Below are positions 20,666 through 30,256 of a stretch of 64,000 bases of DNA, one piece after another. The stretch spans positions 23,744-87,743 of the forward strand of contig CAZFCG010000002.1 in the NCBI GenBank assembly GCA_964517595.1, given 5' to 3'. Below the pieces are notes generated by a model. That model made no database searches. It saw only the letters and a list, made by a program, of their open reading frames with translations, and was not told where the DNA came from. The stretch is from an uncultured Geobacter sp. GTDB taxonomy: Bacteria > Desulfobacterota > Desulfuromonadia > Geobacterales > Geobacteraceae. A program made the translations under genes and the position numbers. How positions within the stretch are numbered: position 1 is the first letter of the stretch; the number at the start of each line of letters is the position of its first letter.

Positions 20666-21205
20666 ATGAGGCATGATATGATTATGTCCGGTTATGGCGG
20701 CCAGGGTGTTCTCCTTGCCGGCACCCTCCTGTCCCATGCGGCGATTATCGAAGGTAAAAACGTTTCTTTTTTGCCTTCCTACGGGCCGGAAAAACGAGGC
20801 GGGGCGGCTATGTGCACCATAGTAATCACCGATGAGGAAGTGGGTTCGCCCGTTGTGGGAAATCCGACGGCGGGTTTGTTTCTGAACCAGGTTTCGCTGG
20901 ATAAGTACGGGCACAGGATAAAGCCGGGCGGGATATGCGTAGTAAATTCATCTTTGGTGGACCTGTCCGGTTTCAACAGGGATGACATAGACATAATTCC
21001 CATCCCGATGAATGCCGTCGCGGTTGAGATCGGTGATGCGAGAATGCTCAATATGGTAGCCATTGGCGCCTATGCCGCCCGTACCGGAGCGGTCTCTCTT
21101 GCTTCACTGGCGGAAGCGCTTAAGGATACCCTGCCGGAACGTAACCACAGATTCATTCCAGCGAACATAAAAGCCCTTGAGGCTGGAGCCTCGTACTGTA
21201 GATGA
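20666..21205 (+). CDS. 2-oxoacid:ferredoxin oxidoreductase gamma subunit
   Basis: GYGGQGVLLAGTLLSHAA...YGPEKRGG, typical gamma subunit. Confidence 0.9.
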   Translation: MRHDMIMSGYGGQGVLLAGTLLSHAAIIEGKNVSFLPSYGPEKRGGAAMCTIVITDEEVGSPVVGNPTAGLFLNQVSLDKYGHRIKPGGICVVNSSLVDLSGFNRDDIDIIPIPMNAVAVEIGDARMLNMVAIGAYAARTGAVSLASLAEALKDTLPERNHRFIPANIKALEAGASYCR

Positions 21206-21257
21206 TCCGGGGGGGATTGTGAGGTGTGCGCCAGACATTTTTTTATGCTGAAAAGTC

Positions 21258-21287
21258 TTGACGCTGCCGGGGGGACTCTGCTATAAG
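21258..21287 (+). promoter_or_regulatory. sigma-70 promoter of tRNA-Gln/tRNA-Glu
   Basis: TTGACG, 18 nt, TATAAG, ending 15 nt before tRNA-Gln. Confidence 0.55.
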
Positions 21288-21301
21288 AATCACCTGCCTG
21301 A

Positions 21302-21375
21302 TGGGGGATCGTCTAGCGGCAGGACTGCGGACTCTGACTCCGCCAACCAAGGTTCGAATCCTTGTCCCCCAGCCA
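21302..21375 (+). tRNA. tRNA-Gln (anticodon CTG)
   Basis: Acceptor tggggga/tccccca, anticodon loop cTCTGac, T-loop ggttcgaatcc, CCA. Confidence 0.95.
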
Positions 21376-21416
21376 TTACACGGCCACTCAAAGTGGGTTC
21401 TGTTCATTCATCTCAG

Positions 21417-21491
21417 GTCCCATCGTCTAGCGGTTAGGACACCGGCCTTTCACGTCGGTAACAGGGGTTCAAGTCCCCTTGGGATCACCAC
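21417..21491 (+). tRNA. tRNA-Glu (anticodon TTC)
   Basis: Acceptor ggtccca/tgggatc (one G-U), D-arm gtctagcggttaggac, anticodon loop cTTTCac, CCA. Confidence 0.95.
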
Positions 21492-21520
21492 CAAAACATT
21501 CAAATGGCGGCAATCACGAA

Positions 21521-21560
21521 AGCCTCTGTCTAAATCCGGACAGGGGCTTCCGTTTTTTTA
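21521..21560 (+). terminator. intrinsic terminator after the tRNA pair
   Basis: aagcctctgtc / gacaggggctt (one G-U) then ccgttttttt. Confidence 0.7.
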
Positions 21561-21934
21561 TGCCTTCCCTGAAACTCTTCTTGTGCTTTTTTCCCAGCCT
21601 TCAAAACAGAAATTCCCAGAAAATGTCGCTGAAACTATGTCAGCTTTCCGAAATCGCGATGGAAAGCGCGCCCCCGGCTATTTTAAAAGCCATTTCCCGT
21701 CTGGGTCTTTGATGTCAAATGTTTGCCTTGAATGGCGTTGATTTATTAAGCATCGTTGTCCCGATAGAATGCCGGTCCCGGATTTCACGAGGAGAAACAG
21801 AGGATTAGCGGTTGCCGTCACTTTCAACCTATGTTATAAAGGACGGGCTTTTATGGGACCTTGCATCATCCGGATTGAACCGCAAATCGGGTTCTCAATC
21901 GGGGATTTGCTGTCGTTGATATTGGAGTGTCTTT

Positions 21935-22765
21935 ATGATTGGTATAGACAGGATTATCGAGAATGCCCTGTTGGAGGATATACATACCGGGGATATCACA
22001 ACGCAGGCCGTAGTGCTGGGAAAAAGGGAGGCAAAGGCCCGACTTGTCGCCAAGGAGACTTTTGTTCTGGCGGGTATCCATGTCGCGGCCCGGGTCTTTT
22101 ATCTTCTTGACCGGGAGGCAGTATTCACACCCCGTTTTGAAGACGGGGACGTTGTGACAAAAGGGGATACAATTGCCGAGATAAAAGGGGACGCTTCTTT
22201 GCTTCTGCAGGGGGAGAGGGTGGCCCTGAATCTTCTGCAAAGGATGAGCGGTGTCGCGACGCTTACGTCCCGGTACCGTGATGCCGTAAAAGGCTCCGGG
22301 GCGCGTGTCGTTGATACGAGAAAGACTACGCCGGGACTGCGCCAATTGGAGAAGTACGCCGTTCGTGTCGGTGGAGGACATAATCACCGGACCGGACTCT
22401 ATGATGGTATCCTCATCAAGGAGAACCATATATCAGCGGCCGGCGGCATATCGCTGGCGGTGCGGAGAGCCCGTGAATTTGCGCCCCACACGATGCGGAT
22501 TGAGGTGGAAACCGAAAACCTGGAACAGGTCGCGGAAGCTATGGCGGCGGGCGCCGACATCATCATGTTGGACAATATGGACCTGGAGATGATGCGTCGC
22601 GCTGTCGCTCTGGTGGATGGCAAGGCGCTCCTGGAGGCATCGGGAGGCGTCAACCTGGATACCATTGCTGACATAGCGGGCACCGGTGTAGACATCATAT
22701 CCGTCGGCGCCCTGACACATTCCGCGCGGGCAGTGGATATTTCCATGCTGCTGGAGGAGTGGTGA
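21935..22765 (+). CDS. nadC: nicotinate-nucleotide pyrophosphorylase (carboxylating)
   Basis: ALLEDIHTGDITT, DTRKTTPGLR, RVGGGHNHR, IMLDNM, typical QPRTase. Confidence 0.95.
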   Translation: MIGIDRIIENALLEDIHTGDITTQAVVLGKREAKARLVAKETFVLAGIHVAARVFYLLDREAVFTPRFEDGDVVTKGDTIAEIKGDASLLLQGERVALNLLQRMSGVATLTSRYRDAVKGSGARVVDTRKTTPGLRQLEKYAVRVGGGHNHRTGLYDGILIKENHISAAGGISLAVRRAREFAPHTMRIEVETENLEQVAEAMAAGADIIMLDNMDLEMMRRAVALVDGKALLEASGGVNLDTIADIAGTGVDIISVGALTHSARAVDISMLLEEW

Positions 22766-23775
22766 GCAGCCCTCCCGGATGCCCGAACGCCACTGAGAGC
22801 GCTCCTCTCGAACGGAGGATGCTTGAATTGTTTCGCGCAAGAAACGGGGGTCTGCTTTCAGGAGAGGAACTTGCCGGCGCCCTGTGTGTCTCCCGTACAG
22901 CGGTCTGGAAACATGTGAAAAATCTGAGGTCGAAAGGGTATCGGATCGAGTCTGTTCCCTCCAGGGGTTATCGCTTGCTCTCTTTTCCCGATGTCCTGTG
23001 CGAAGCCGAATTGTCCTCCGGACTCCGCCCAAAACGGATAGGACGCAGAATCATATGCGTTGAAGAGACGGACTCCACCAACCAACTGGCCTTTCGCGCG
23101 GCTGAAGAGGGCGCCGAAGATGGAACCGTGGTCCTGGCCGATATACAGACCGGCGGAAAAGGCCGTCTTGGCAGGCGCTGGGAATCGCCTCCCGGGGTGA
23201 ACCTTTATTGCTCCGTGATCCTCCGTCCGCCCATATTGCCTCTCAACGCGCCCCAGCTTACCTTTCTCTCCGCGGTTGCGGTGGCGCGGGCCATTGAAGA
23301 GAGCACATCCCTTTCACCCCGCATAAAGTGGCCCAATGATATCCTCATAAACGGCCGCAAGGTGGCGGGCCTTCTGAACGAAATGAGCGCCGAGACGGAT
23401 ACGATCCACTGGCTGGTGCTCGGCATCGGTGTAAACATTAACATGTCGCGGGAGCAGTTCCCGGATGATCTGCGTCACCCGGCCACTTCCCTGCTCCTGG
23501 AAACTGACTCTCCGGTGAGCCGTGTCACCTTTACCCGTTCACTAATTTCACTCCTTGATGTCCTCTATGATGTTTTTCTGGGAAACGGCTTCGACCCGAT
23601 CAGGGAAGAATGGCTCGCCCGCTCCACAATTCAGGGCAAAAAGGTCAGGGTCGCAACCGGCGAGATAGATATGGAGGGAACCGTTACGGGTATCGACCCC
23701 GATGGGGCGCTTATCCTCTGTCTGCGTGACGGGGTTTTGCATCGGGTGCTTGCGGGGGATGTAACAATCATGTAG
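22759..23775 (+). CDS. birA: bifunctional biotin-[acetyl-CoA-carboxylase] ligase / biotin operon repressor
   Basis: N-terminal wHTH (LSGEELAGALCVSRTAVWKHVKNLRSKGYRIES) and GGKGRLGRRWESPPG. Start uncertain: GTG 22759 overlapping nadC, or ATG 22819. Confidence 0.92.
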   Translation: MVSSPPGCPNATESAPLERRMLELFRARNGGLLSGEELAGALCVSRTAVWKHVKNLRSKGYRIESVPSRGYRLLSFPDVLCEAELSSGLRPKRIGRRIICVEETDSTNQLAFRAAEEGAEDGTVVLADIQTGGKGRLGRRWESPPGVNLYCSVILRPPILPLNAPQLTFLSAVAVARAIEESTSLSPRIKWPNDILINGRKVAGLLNEMSAETDTIHWLVLGIGVNINMSREQFPDDLRHPATSLLLETDSPVSRVTFTRSLISLLDVLYDVFLGNGFDPIREEWLARSTIQGKKVRVATGEIDMEGTVTGIDPDGALILCLRDGVLHRVLAGDVTIM

Positions 23776-23848
23776 ATATAAGAACGCCGGCTGGAATCGA
23801 GCGTAGGCCTGTCAAATCCGGTGTGAGATCTTATTGTGGAGAGTGTTC

Positions 23849-24625
23849 GTGTTACTTGTAATTGACGTGGGCAACAGCAATACCGTTCTGGGGTTGTACG
23901 AAGGGCGGACTCTTGCGCGAGATTGGAGGGTGGCGACCGATACCTCCAAGACAGTGGATGAGTACGCGATACTCTTTCATCAACTGTTCTGTTATTCAGG
24001 GATTGAGAGGGACGTGGTACGCGATATCATCATCTCTTCGGTTGTCCCTGCCCTGACTGGGGTTCTGGAAAGGCTGTCCAACAGATATTTCAATCTCAGG
24101 CCCTATGTCGTCGGTCCCGGAATCAGGACCGGTATGCCGATTCATTATGAAAATCCCAAGGAGGTAGGAGCGGATCGCATAGTAAACGCGGTAGCGGGTT
24201 ATGAGAAGTATGGAACGGCCCTTGTAATAGTCGATTTCGGAACGGCCACCACATTTGACCTTGTGAACGGAAAGGGGCAGTATTGCGGAGGCGTCATAGC
24301 CCCGGGGATCATGATATCGGCGGAAGCCTTGTTTCAGAAGGCCAGCAAGCTTCCCCGGGTCGAATTCGTGAAACCGCCCTCCATAATCGCTAAAAACACA
24401 GTGGGTGCGATGCAGGCCGGAATCTTCTACGGTTACGTCGGGCTGGTCGATGAGATTGTAACGCGGATCAAGGCCGAAACACGGGAAAGCCTTCGGGTTA
24501 TAGCCACGGGAGGGCTTGCCGTCATGATTGCCGAAGAATCGCGGACAATCGAGGAAGTCCACGAATTCCTCACACTGGAAGGTCTCAGAATTCTCTATGA
24601 AAGGAACAGCCAGCAGCAGACGTAG
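23849..24625 (+). CDS. coaX: type III pantothenate kinase
   Basis: With GTG 23849 (GGAGAG 5 nt upstream) the protein begins [17 protein letters not shown]. Also [10 protein letters not shown] and DFGTATTFD. Confidence 0.93.
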   Translation: MLLVIDVGNSNTVLGLYEGRTLARDWRVATDTSKTVDEYAILFHQLFCYSGIERDVVRDIIISSVVPALTGVLERLSNRYFNLRPYVVGPGIRTGMPIHYENPKEVGADRIVNAVAGYEKYGTALVIVDFGTATTFDLVNGKGQYCGGVIAPGIMISAEALFQKASKLPRVEFVKPPSIIAKNTVGAMQAGIFYGYVGLVDEIVTRIKAETRESLRVIATGGLAVMIAEESRTIEEVHEFLTLEGLRILYERNSQQQT

Positions 24626-24766
24626 TCCAGACCCCGGTGCGCGGAATAATATGAGCCGCAACCTCGGGAGATGTTATTCACTGGTGATGTGATGAATGTG
24701 CAGGAAGTTTTTCCCTTCGGAGATATGTAGAAACGCGTAAACCTATTACATAAGCAAGGGGGCTTT

Positions 24767-26845
24767 ATGGCAAAGTACGACACCGCGAAAGTGAGAAACA
24801 TTGGAATTGTCGCCCATGGAGGTGCGGGAAAGACTTCCCTCACCGAGGCCATTCTCTTCGCAACCGGCACGACCGACCGTCTTGGCCGTGTTGATGACGG
24901 CAGTTCCACCATGGATTTCGAGCCGGAGGAGATAAAGCGCAAAATAACGGTATCTTCCTCGCTCAATCACGGCGAGTGGAACGGTCATTATCTTCATGTT
25001 ATAGATACCCCGGGATATGGTGATTTCATCGCCGACACCCGCTCGTGTCTTCGTGTTCTCGGCGGCGCCGTTGTTATCATTTCGGCCATTTCCGGCGTCA
25101 AGGTGCAGACGGAAGAGGTATGGGAGTGGGCCAACGAAGCTGAGATTCCCCGTATTGCCTTTGTCAACAAGATGGATCGCGAGCGCGCGAACTTCCTGCG
25201 TGCCATGGGTGACATGGAGAAAGCGCTTGGCGCGCGGGCTGTAGCGGTTCAGATACCCCTGGGCGCGGAAGAGAGTTTTGAAGGGGTAATCGATCTGGTC
25301 CGGATGAAGGCCTACAGATACAGCAAGGATCTTTCCGGCAAATTCACCGAGGCGGATATTCCCGCTGAGTATCAGGACGAGGCGGAAAGCATGCGCGAAA
25401 AACTGGTGGAGACGGTTGCCGAGGCATATGACGCCCTGACGGAAAAGTTTCTTGAAACCGGAGAGCTGACTGAAGACGAGATATTTGACGGTCTTCGGGT
25501 TGGCACCCTGCGCAACACTTTCACGCCTGTTTTCTGCGGTTCGGCCTTTTTGAATGTGGGCGTATCGCAACTTCTGGATTATATGTGCCTGTGCCTCCCG
25601 TCGCCAGTGGATCGCGGAAGGGTGGCCGGCGTCAATCCAAAGACAAATGATGTGGAAGAGAGAGCCCCCGAAGAGAACGAACCTTTTTCCGCGCTTGTCT
25701 TCAAGACAACCTCGGACCCCTATACCGGAAAGATCACCGTGTTCCGCATCTACTCCGGGGTCCTGAACTCAGATTCTACCATTTACAACTCCACAAAGGA
25801 TTGCACGGAACGCATCGGGCAGATCTACGAGCTGGAGGGCAAGAAGCAGAAACCCCTGAAGCAGGCGGTTGCCGGAGATATCGTGGCGGTTGCCAAGCTG
25901 AAGGAGACTGTCAGCGGAGACACCCTTTGCGATGCTGACAAACCGATTGTCTATGAACCCGCCAAATCTCTGGAACCCGTCATCTCCTACGCCATACTGC
26001 CAAAGACGAAAAATGACGAGGACAAGATCCATGGCGCTCTGCAGCGCCTGATGGAGGAAGACCCGACGATAACGCTGCGACGGGATGAGCAGACCAAGGA
26101 GCTCATCATCTCGGGCATGGGGCAGGTGCATCTCGAGGTAACCATAGAGAAGCTCAGGCGGAAATTCAGCGTCGAGGTCGAGCTGAAGACACCCAAGGTC
26201 CCCTATCTCGAGACAATAAAATCTTCAGTAAAGGTACAGGGGAAATACAAGAAACAGTCCGGTGGCAGGGGACAGTATGGAGACTGCTGGGTTGAGTTCG
26301 TTCCCCTTGGTCGTGGCGATGGCTACCAGTTTGAGGACAAGATAGTGGGTGGTGTCATTCCGAAGACCTACATTCCCGCTGTAGACAAAGGAATCCAGGA
26401 GGCTTCTCTGGATGGCTGCCTGGCGGGGTACCCGGTGGTGGATTTCAAGGCCGTACTCTTCGACGGTTCCTTCCATACCGTAGACTCGTCTGAAATGGCG
26501 TTCAAGATCGCCGGTTCCATGGCCTTCAAAAAGGCAATGGAAACAGCAAAGCCAGTGCTTCTCGAACCTATCATGAAGATAAAAGTTACTGTTCCGGAAG
26601 ATAACATGGGCGATGTCATCGGTGACCTGAACTCCCGGAGGGGAAAGGTTGTGGGTGTTGAGCCGAAGGCCAACTCGCAGATCATCCGCGCGGTCGTACC
26701 CATGGCTGAAGTGCTTTCCTATGCGAATGATCTTCGTTCCATGACCAGCGACCGGGGTCTTTTCACAACCGAGTTTTCACACTACGAAGAGATTCCCAGT
26801 CATCTGGCCCAAAAGGTAATCAACGACGCAGGCGCTGTCAAATAA
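24767..26845 (+). CDS. elongation factor G paralogue (EF-G2-like translational GTPase)
   Basis: 692 aa with full EF-G domain order. G1 reads AHGGAGKTS, then DTPGYGDF and NKMD. Not located in an rpsL-rpsG-fusA context. Confidence 0.9.
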   Translation: MAKYDTAKVRNIGIVAHGGAGKTSLTEAILFATGTTDRLGRVDDGSSTMDFEPEEIKRKITVSSSLNHGEWNGHYLHVIDTPGYGDFIADTRSCLRVLGGAVVIISAISGVKVQTEEVWEWANEAEIPRIAFVNKMDRERANFLRAMGDMEKALGARAVAVQIPLGAEESFEGVIDLVRMKAYRYSKDLSGKFTEADIPAEYQDEAESMREKLVETVAEAYDALTEKFLETGELTEDEIFDGLRVGTLRNTFTPVFCGSAFLNVGVSQLLDYMCLCLPSPVDRGRVAGVNPKTNDVEERAPEENEPFSALVFKTTSDPYTGKITVFRIYSGVLNSDSTIYNSTKDCTERIGQIYELEGKKQKPLKQAVAGDIVAVAKLKETVSGDTLCDADKPIVYEPAKSLEPVISYAILPKTKNDEDKIHGALQRLMEEDPTITLRRDEQTKELIISGMGQVHLEVTIEKLRRKFSVEVELKTPKVPYLETIKSSVKVQGKYKKQSGGRGQYGDCWVEFVPLGRGDGYQFEDKIVGGVIPKTYIPAVDKGIQEASLDGCLAGYPVVDFKAVLFDGSFHTVDSSEMAFKIAGSMAFKKAMETAKPVLLEPIMKIKVTVPEDNMGDVIGDLNSRRGKVVGVEPKANSQIIRAVVPMAEVLSYANDLRSMTSDRGLFTTEFSHYEEIPSHLAQKVINDAGAVK

Positions 26846-26892
26846 GCAATTGCTGTCCGTAAAAACACGCAGTTGTGAGGGGGAGTAAGGAC

Positions 26893-28116
26893 ATGTCGAA
26901 AAATCAGTTGCCCGCGAAAGGGGCGGCAAAAGGAATGACGGGGGTTGAAGGAAGCAGCGCCAAAGGCGCATTGATCCTTCTCCTGGCCCTTGCCGTATGT
27001 TTCGGCTATTTTTACTTCTTTACGGATGTCCTGAGATCCAACGAAGACAGTGGGGAGACGTCGGCTGAATCCGGCGTCTCCTCTACGGAAATAGTGAAGC
27101 CGTTGCCGGCGAGAGCTGTTCAAACCCCGATAACCAGTTCCTCGCGGCCTGAACCGATTGCATCCGGAACGCCGGCGACGGAACAGCACAAGCCGGCTGC
27201 AACCGGCGCAGACCAGAAAGCGCGTACTGCGGAAAAGAAATCACCTCCTGGGTCCGCGACTCCCGCCGCCGAATCCGAAAAAACGCAACGTTCTCCTTCA
27301 AGAACTTCTTCTTCGGAGGTCGCCCAGGCGCTTAAACCGGGAACGCGGGCTTTGGCGGGAAGGAAAGTCAGCGGGCCTGCCGGGAAGGAAACCGGTGGGA
27401 GAACCACGAAAGCTCCTTCGGAAAAGGCCGCATCTCCAGACGTCTCGCGGAAACCGGTTGCTGCCGTGAGCGACGTAAAGAAGGTAACGAAGAACAGCGC
27501 TCAACCTCAGCCCGGGAAGAAGGAAGCGACAAACGGATCAAAGGCCTCCTCCCTGCCTGCAGGAAAGCAGGCAAAGGTGGCGGATGGAGAGACAACCGCC
27601 CGTAAGGGGACAGCAGGCGATGTCTCAGGAGGAGGCGCCGCGATAAAGAAAGGAAAAGGATACGGGCTCCTCATCGGCACTTATGTATTGCAGTCAACCC
27701 TGAAGTCTGACAAGTCCAGGCTTGAGAAGGCGGGTCTGCATCCTTCGATTTCCAAAGGAGCTAAGAAGACCCATCCCATGAACAGGCTGGTTGTGGCTGA
27801 GTCCGACTCGTATGAGAAGGCCCAATCCGAGCTGGAGAGGGTTAAAAAAGCAAGCAAAGACGCCTTTCTTCTCAAGGAGAATGGCAGGTTCGTCGTCTAC
27901 GCGGGTTCCTACTATCAAAAGGAACGGGCCGCTGATGAGCAGGAACGCTTGCGGGCACAGGGGTTCGCCCCTATTCTGAAGCAGACGGTTGCTCCTGTAG
28001 CCTCATGGAGGCTAGTGCTGGATGGATTTCCGACGCGGGAAGCCGCAATGGAAGAGTCCGCGAGGCTTCGCCGGCTGGGTTTTAAACCTCTGCCCTTGTC
28101 CGTGCAAAAGAACTGA
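26893..28116 (+). CDS. SPOR domain-containing membrane protein with long basic low-complexity linker
   Basis: ATG 26893 with GGGGGAG RBS. One TM (ALILLLALAVCFGYFYFF), about 200 aa of P/A/S/K-rich linker, then two C-terminal SPOR-like repeats (GYGLLIGTY...RLEKAGLHP; RFVVYAGSY...ERLRAQGF; WRLVLDGF...ARLRRLGF). Confidence 0.8.
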   Translation: MSKNQLPAKGAAKGMTGVEGSSAKGALILLLALAVCFGYFYFFTDVLRSNEDSGETSAESGVSSTEIVKPLPARAVQTPITSSSRPEPIASGTPATEQHKPAATGADQKARTAEKKSPPGSATPAAESEKTQRSPSRTSSSEVAQALKPGTRALAGRKVSGPAGKETGGRTTKAPSEKAASPDVSRKPVAAVSDVKKVTKNSAQPQPGKKEATNGSKASSLPAGKQAKVADGETTARKGTAGDVSGGGAAIKKGKGYGLLIGTYVLQSTLKSDKSRLEKAGLHPSISKGAKKTHPMNRLVVAESDSYEKAQSELERVKKASKDAFLLKENGRFVVYAGSYYQKERAADEQERLRAQGFAPILKQTVAPVASWRLVLDGFPTREAAMEESARLRRLGFKPLPLSVQKN

Positions 28117-28125
28117 TCCCCTTAT

Positions 28126-29046
28126 ATGGATGCCCCACGGAAAGCAACGATACGCATTTCGCAGTCATCAGCCAGGTTTGTGAAACCAGGGACGTCCCGT
28201 GAGGACCGCCTGAAGGCTGCCCGTGGAGAGGCGCCTGTTGCTTCTTCCGACTTGGTCGCAGTGCTTTTTTTGCTTTCCCGCGACACGGATCCCGAGGTGA
28301 GCTCTACCGCTCTGGAAGGGCTGCGTAATCTGACGGGGGAAACCCTTCTTCACTCATGCGCTTCTCCAGACACACATCCCCGTATACTTGCGCTTCTCGC
28401 CAGGATGCATTTCAGGAACGAGGCCGCGGCGGAGGCGATTGCGGGAAACCCGTCAGCGGACGATGAGGCAAGGTCTTACATTGTCGCGAGAGAAAACACT
28501 GAATCCCTGATTACAACTGAAAATGCCCCATACGATGAACCTTCGCCGGAAGATCATGAGGATGTTGATGGACGGTCTAGTGATGCCGAAAAGGGAGAAG
28601 ATGACGAGTCACCAGGTGAGGATGAGGAAGAGTTCAGGAGCAAATATCAGCTTGCCCAGGAGATGGGCATATCGGAAAAGATAAAAATGGCGATAACCGG
28701 TGACAAGGAGTGGAGGATGCTCCTGATCAAGGACACCAATAAACTGGTTTCCGGAGCGGTTATCAAAAACCCCAGATTGACGGAGGCGGAAGTCCTCTTA
28801 ATCGCCAAGTCTCCGCTTAACAATGATGACCTGATAAGGGATATCTGCGGTAACAAGGAGTGGATCAAAAATTACCAGATTAAAAAGGCTTTGGTGGAAA
28901 ACAGTAAAACACCTCTGCATCATGCGCTTCGCTTCCTTTCTTCCCTTACTGAAAAGGATCTGGGGCTGCTGGCAAAGAGCAAGAATGTCTCTTCCATTAT
29001 CGCGACACAGGCTAGACGGACGCTGTTAAATAAAAAAAAGGAGTAG
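28126..29046 (+). CDS. hypothetical HEAT/LRV-like repeat protein with acidic linker
   Basis: Repeats such as SRDTDPEVSSTALEGLRNL, AVIKNPRLTEAEVLLIAKS and ALVENSKTPLHHALRFLSS, with central DEPSPEDHEDVDGRSSDAEKGEDDESPGEDEEE. Lies 9 nt after the SPOR gene and 17 nt before the GTPase gene. Confidence 0.45.
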   Translation: MDAPRKATIRISQSSARFVKPGTSREDRLKAARGEAPVASSDLVAVLFLLSRDTDPEVSSTALEGLRNLTGETLLHSCASPDTHPRILALLARMHFRNEAAAEAIAGNPSADDEARSYIVARENTESLITTENAPYDEPSPEDHEDVDGRSSDAEKGEDDESPGEDEEEFRSKYQLAQEMGISEKIKMAITGDKEWRMLLIKDTNKLVSGAVIKNPRLTEAEVLLIAKSPLNNDDLIRDICGNKEWIKNYQIKKALVENSKTPLHHALRFLSSLTEKDLGLLAKSKNVSSIIATQARRTLLNKKKE

Positions 29047-29063
29047 TGATAGGGAGGTTTCCC

Positions 29064-30200
29064 ATGGCTCTGGTTAATGATGTAAAAAAGGAGATTCACG
29101 CCAAGATAGTCTATTTTGGACCCGCCCAAAGCGGAAAGACGACAAATCTGGAGTATATCTATGGCAAATTGAAGCCGGAATACCGCGGCGCGTTCAAGTT
29201 CATGAATACTTCCAGTGGAAAGATAGTTTTTTTTGATTTCATGAGGCCTGAACTCGCGGGTATTGAGGACTACAGTGTCCGATTTCATATTTATACCGCG
29301 CCCGGCGAAGTCTCCGTTCCCGCAATCTGGAAAAACGCCTTGAAAGGGGCTGACGGCATCGTTTTTGTCGCGGATGCCGATCCATCGCGTATGCTGGAGA
29401 ACAGGAGGAGCCTTGAGTCCCTGAAGGGCTTCCTGTTGGAACAGGGTACGAAACTTGGCGATGTACCGTGTATATTCCAGTGCAACAAGAAGGACCTGGC
29501 CGATCAGTCATCGCTGGAACAGATGAAGAGCCTTCTGGAGATCGACGAATTCCGCATGATCCCGGCTTCCGCGCGGGCCGGCGAAGCTGTCCTACCGACC
29601 CTTTCCGAGATGATCAAGCTGATTTTGCAGAAGCTCAGGGAACTCCCCGCCGTTCAGCCGGAAGAAAAACCCGCGGTGGGCGTGGAATCCGGGCTTGATG
29701 TTTCCGAACCGGTTCGGATGCCTGAGCCGCTTCTTGCTGAAACCGCGGGAGATACTTTCTCGTCTGAGCCCGTGGAAGAATCCTTTGAGCTTGCGGTGGA
29801 GCCGCAGACGGAAGAGACCTTTGTGTTCGAGGAAGAGCCGGAAGAGCAAACGCTTGTTCCAGCGGATGAGCCTGCGGGAGAACCAGTTTCCTTCCAACTG
29901 GAGGCCGCCGAAAGCTCGTTTGCGCCTGTCTTCCCGGTAGAGCCTGAAGACGACCTGATCCCTGAAGCGTCTGCCGAAACCACCTCTGATTACGCCGAGA
30001 CGGGAGAGTTCACGGCTCAGGATCAATTGACGTCGGCAGCGGAGGAAACGGAGGGAAGTCAACCCCTCATTATGACTGCGGGAGAAATTGAAACCAATGT
30101 CGCGGGCCGTTTCCGAATGCCCCTTGTAATACGTGTCGGTGACAAGGAGGTCAAGACGGCTCTGTCCATTGAGGTATCCTTCGAGAGGCCGGAACCGTAA
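29064..30200 (+). CDS. MglA-family Ras-like small GTPase with ~190-aa acidic C-terminal extension
   Basis: ATG 29064 with AGGGAGG RBS. IVYFGPAQSGKTTNLEYIY, FFDF, RFHIYTAPGE (TxPG signature of MglA), GIVFVADA, CNKKD. The C-terminal half is E/D/P-rich. Confidence 0.8.
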   Translation: MALVNDVKKEIHAKIVYFGPAQSGKTTNLEYIYGKLKPEYRGAFKFMNTSSGKIVFFDFMRPELAGIEDYSVRFHIYTAPGEVSVPAIWKNALKGADGIVFVADADPSRMLENRRSLESLKGFLLEQGTKLGDVPCIFQCNKKDLADQSSLEQMKSLLEIDEFRMIPASARAGEAVLPTLSEMIKLILQKLRELPAVQPEEKPAVGVESGLDVSEPVRMPEPLLAETAGDTFSSEPVEESFELAVEPQTEETFVFEEEPEEQTLVPADEPAGEPVSFQLEAAESSFAPVFPVEPEDDLIPEASAETTSDYAETGEFTAQDQLTSAAEETEGSQPLIMTAGEIETNVAGRFRMPLVIRVGDKEVKTALSIEVSFERPEP

Positions 30201-30256
30201 AGTCAGGCGACGGCGTGTAAGACGGGCAACGCAGCCGGAATTGTTGTTTCCGGGAC

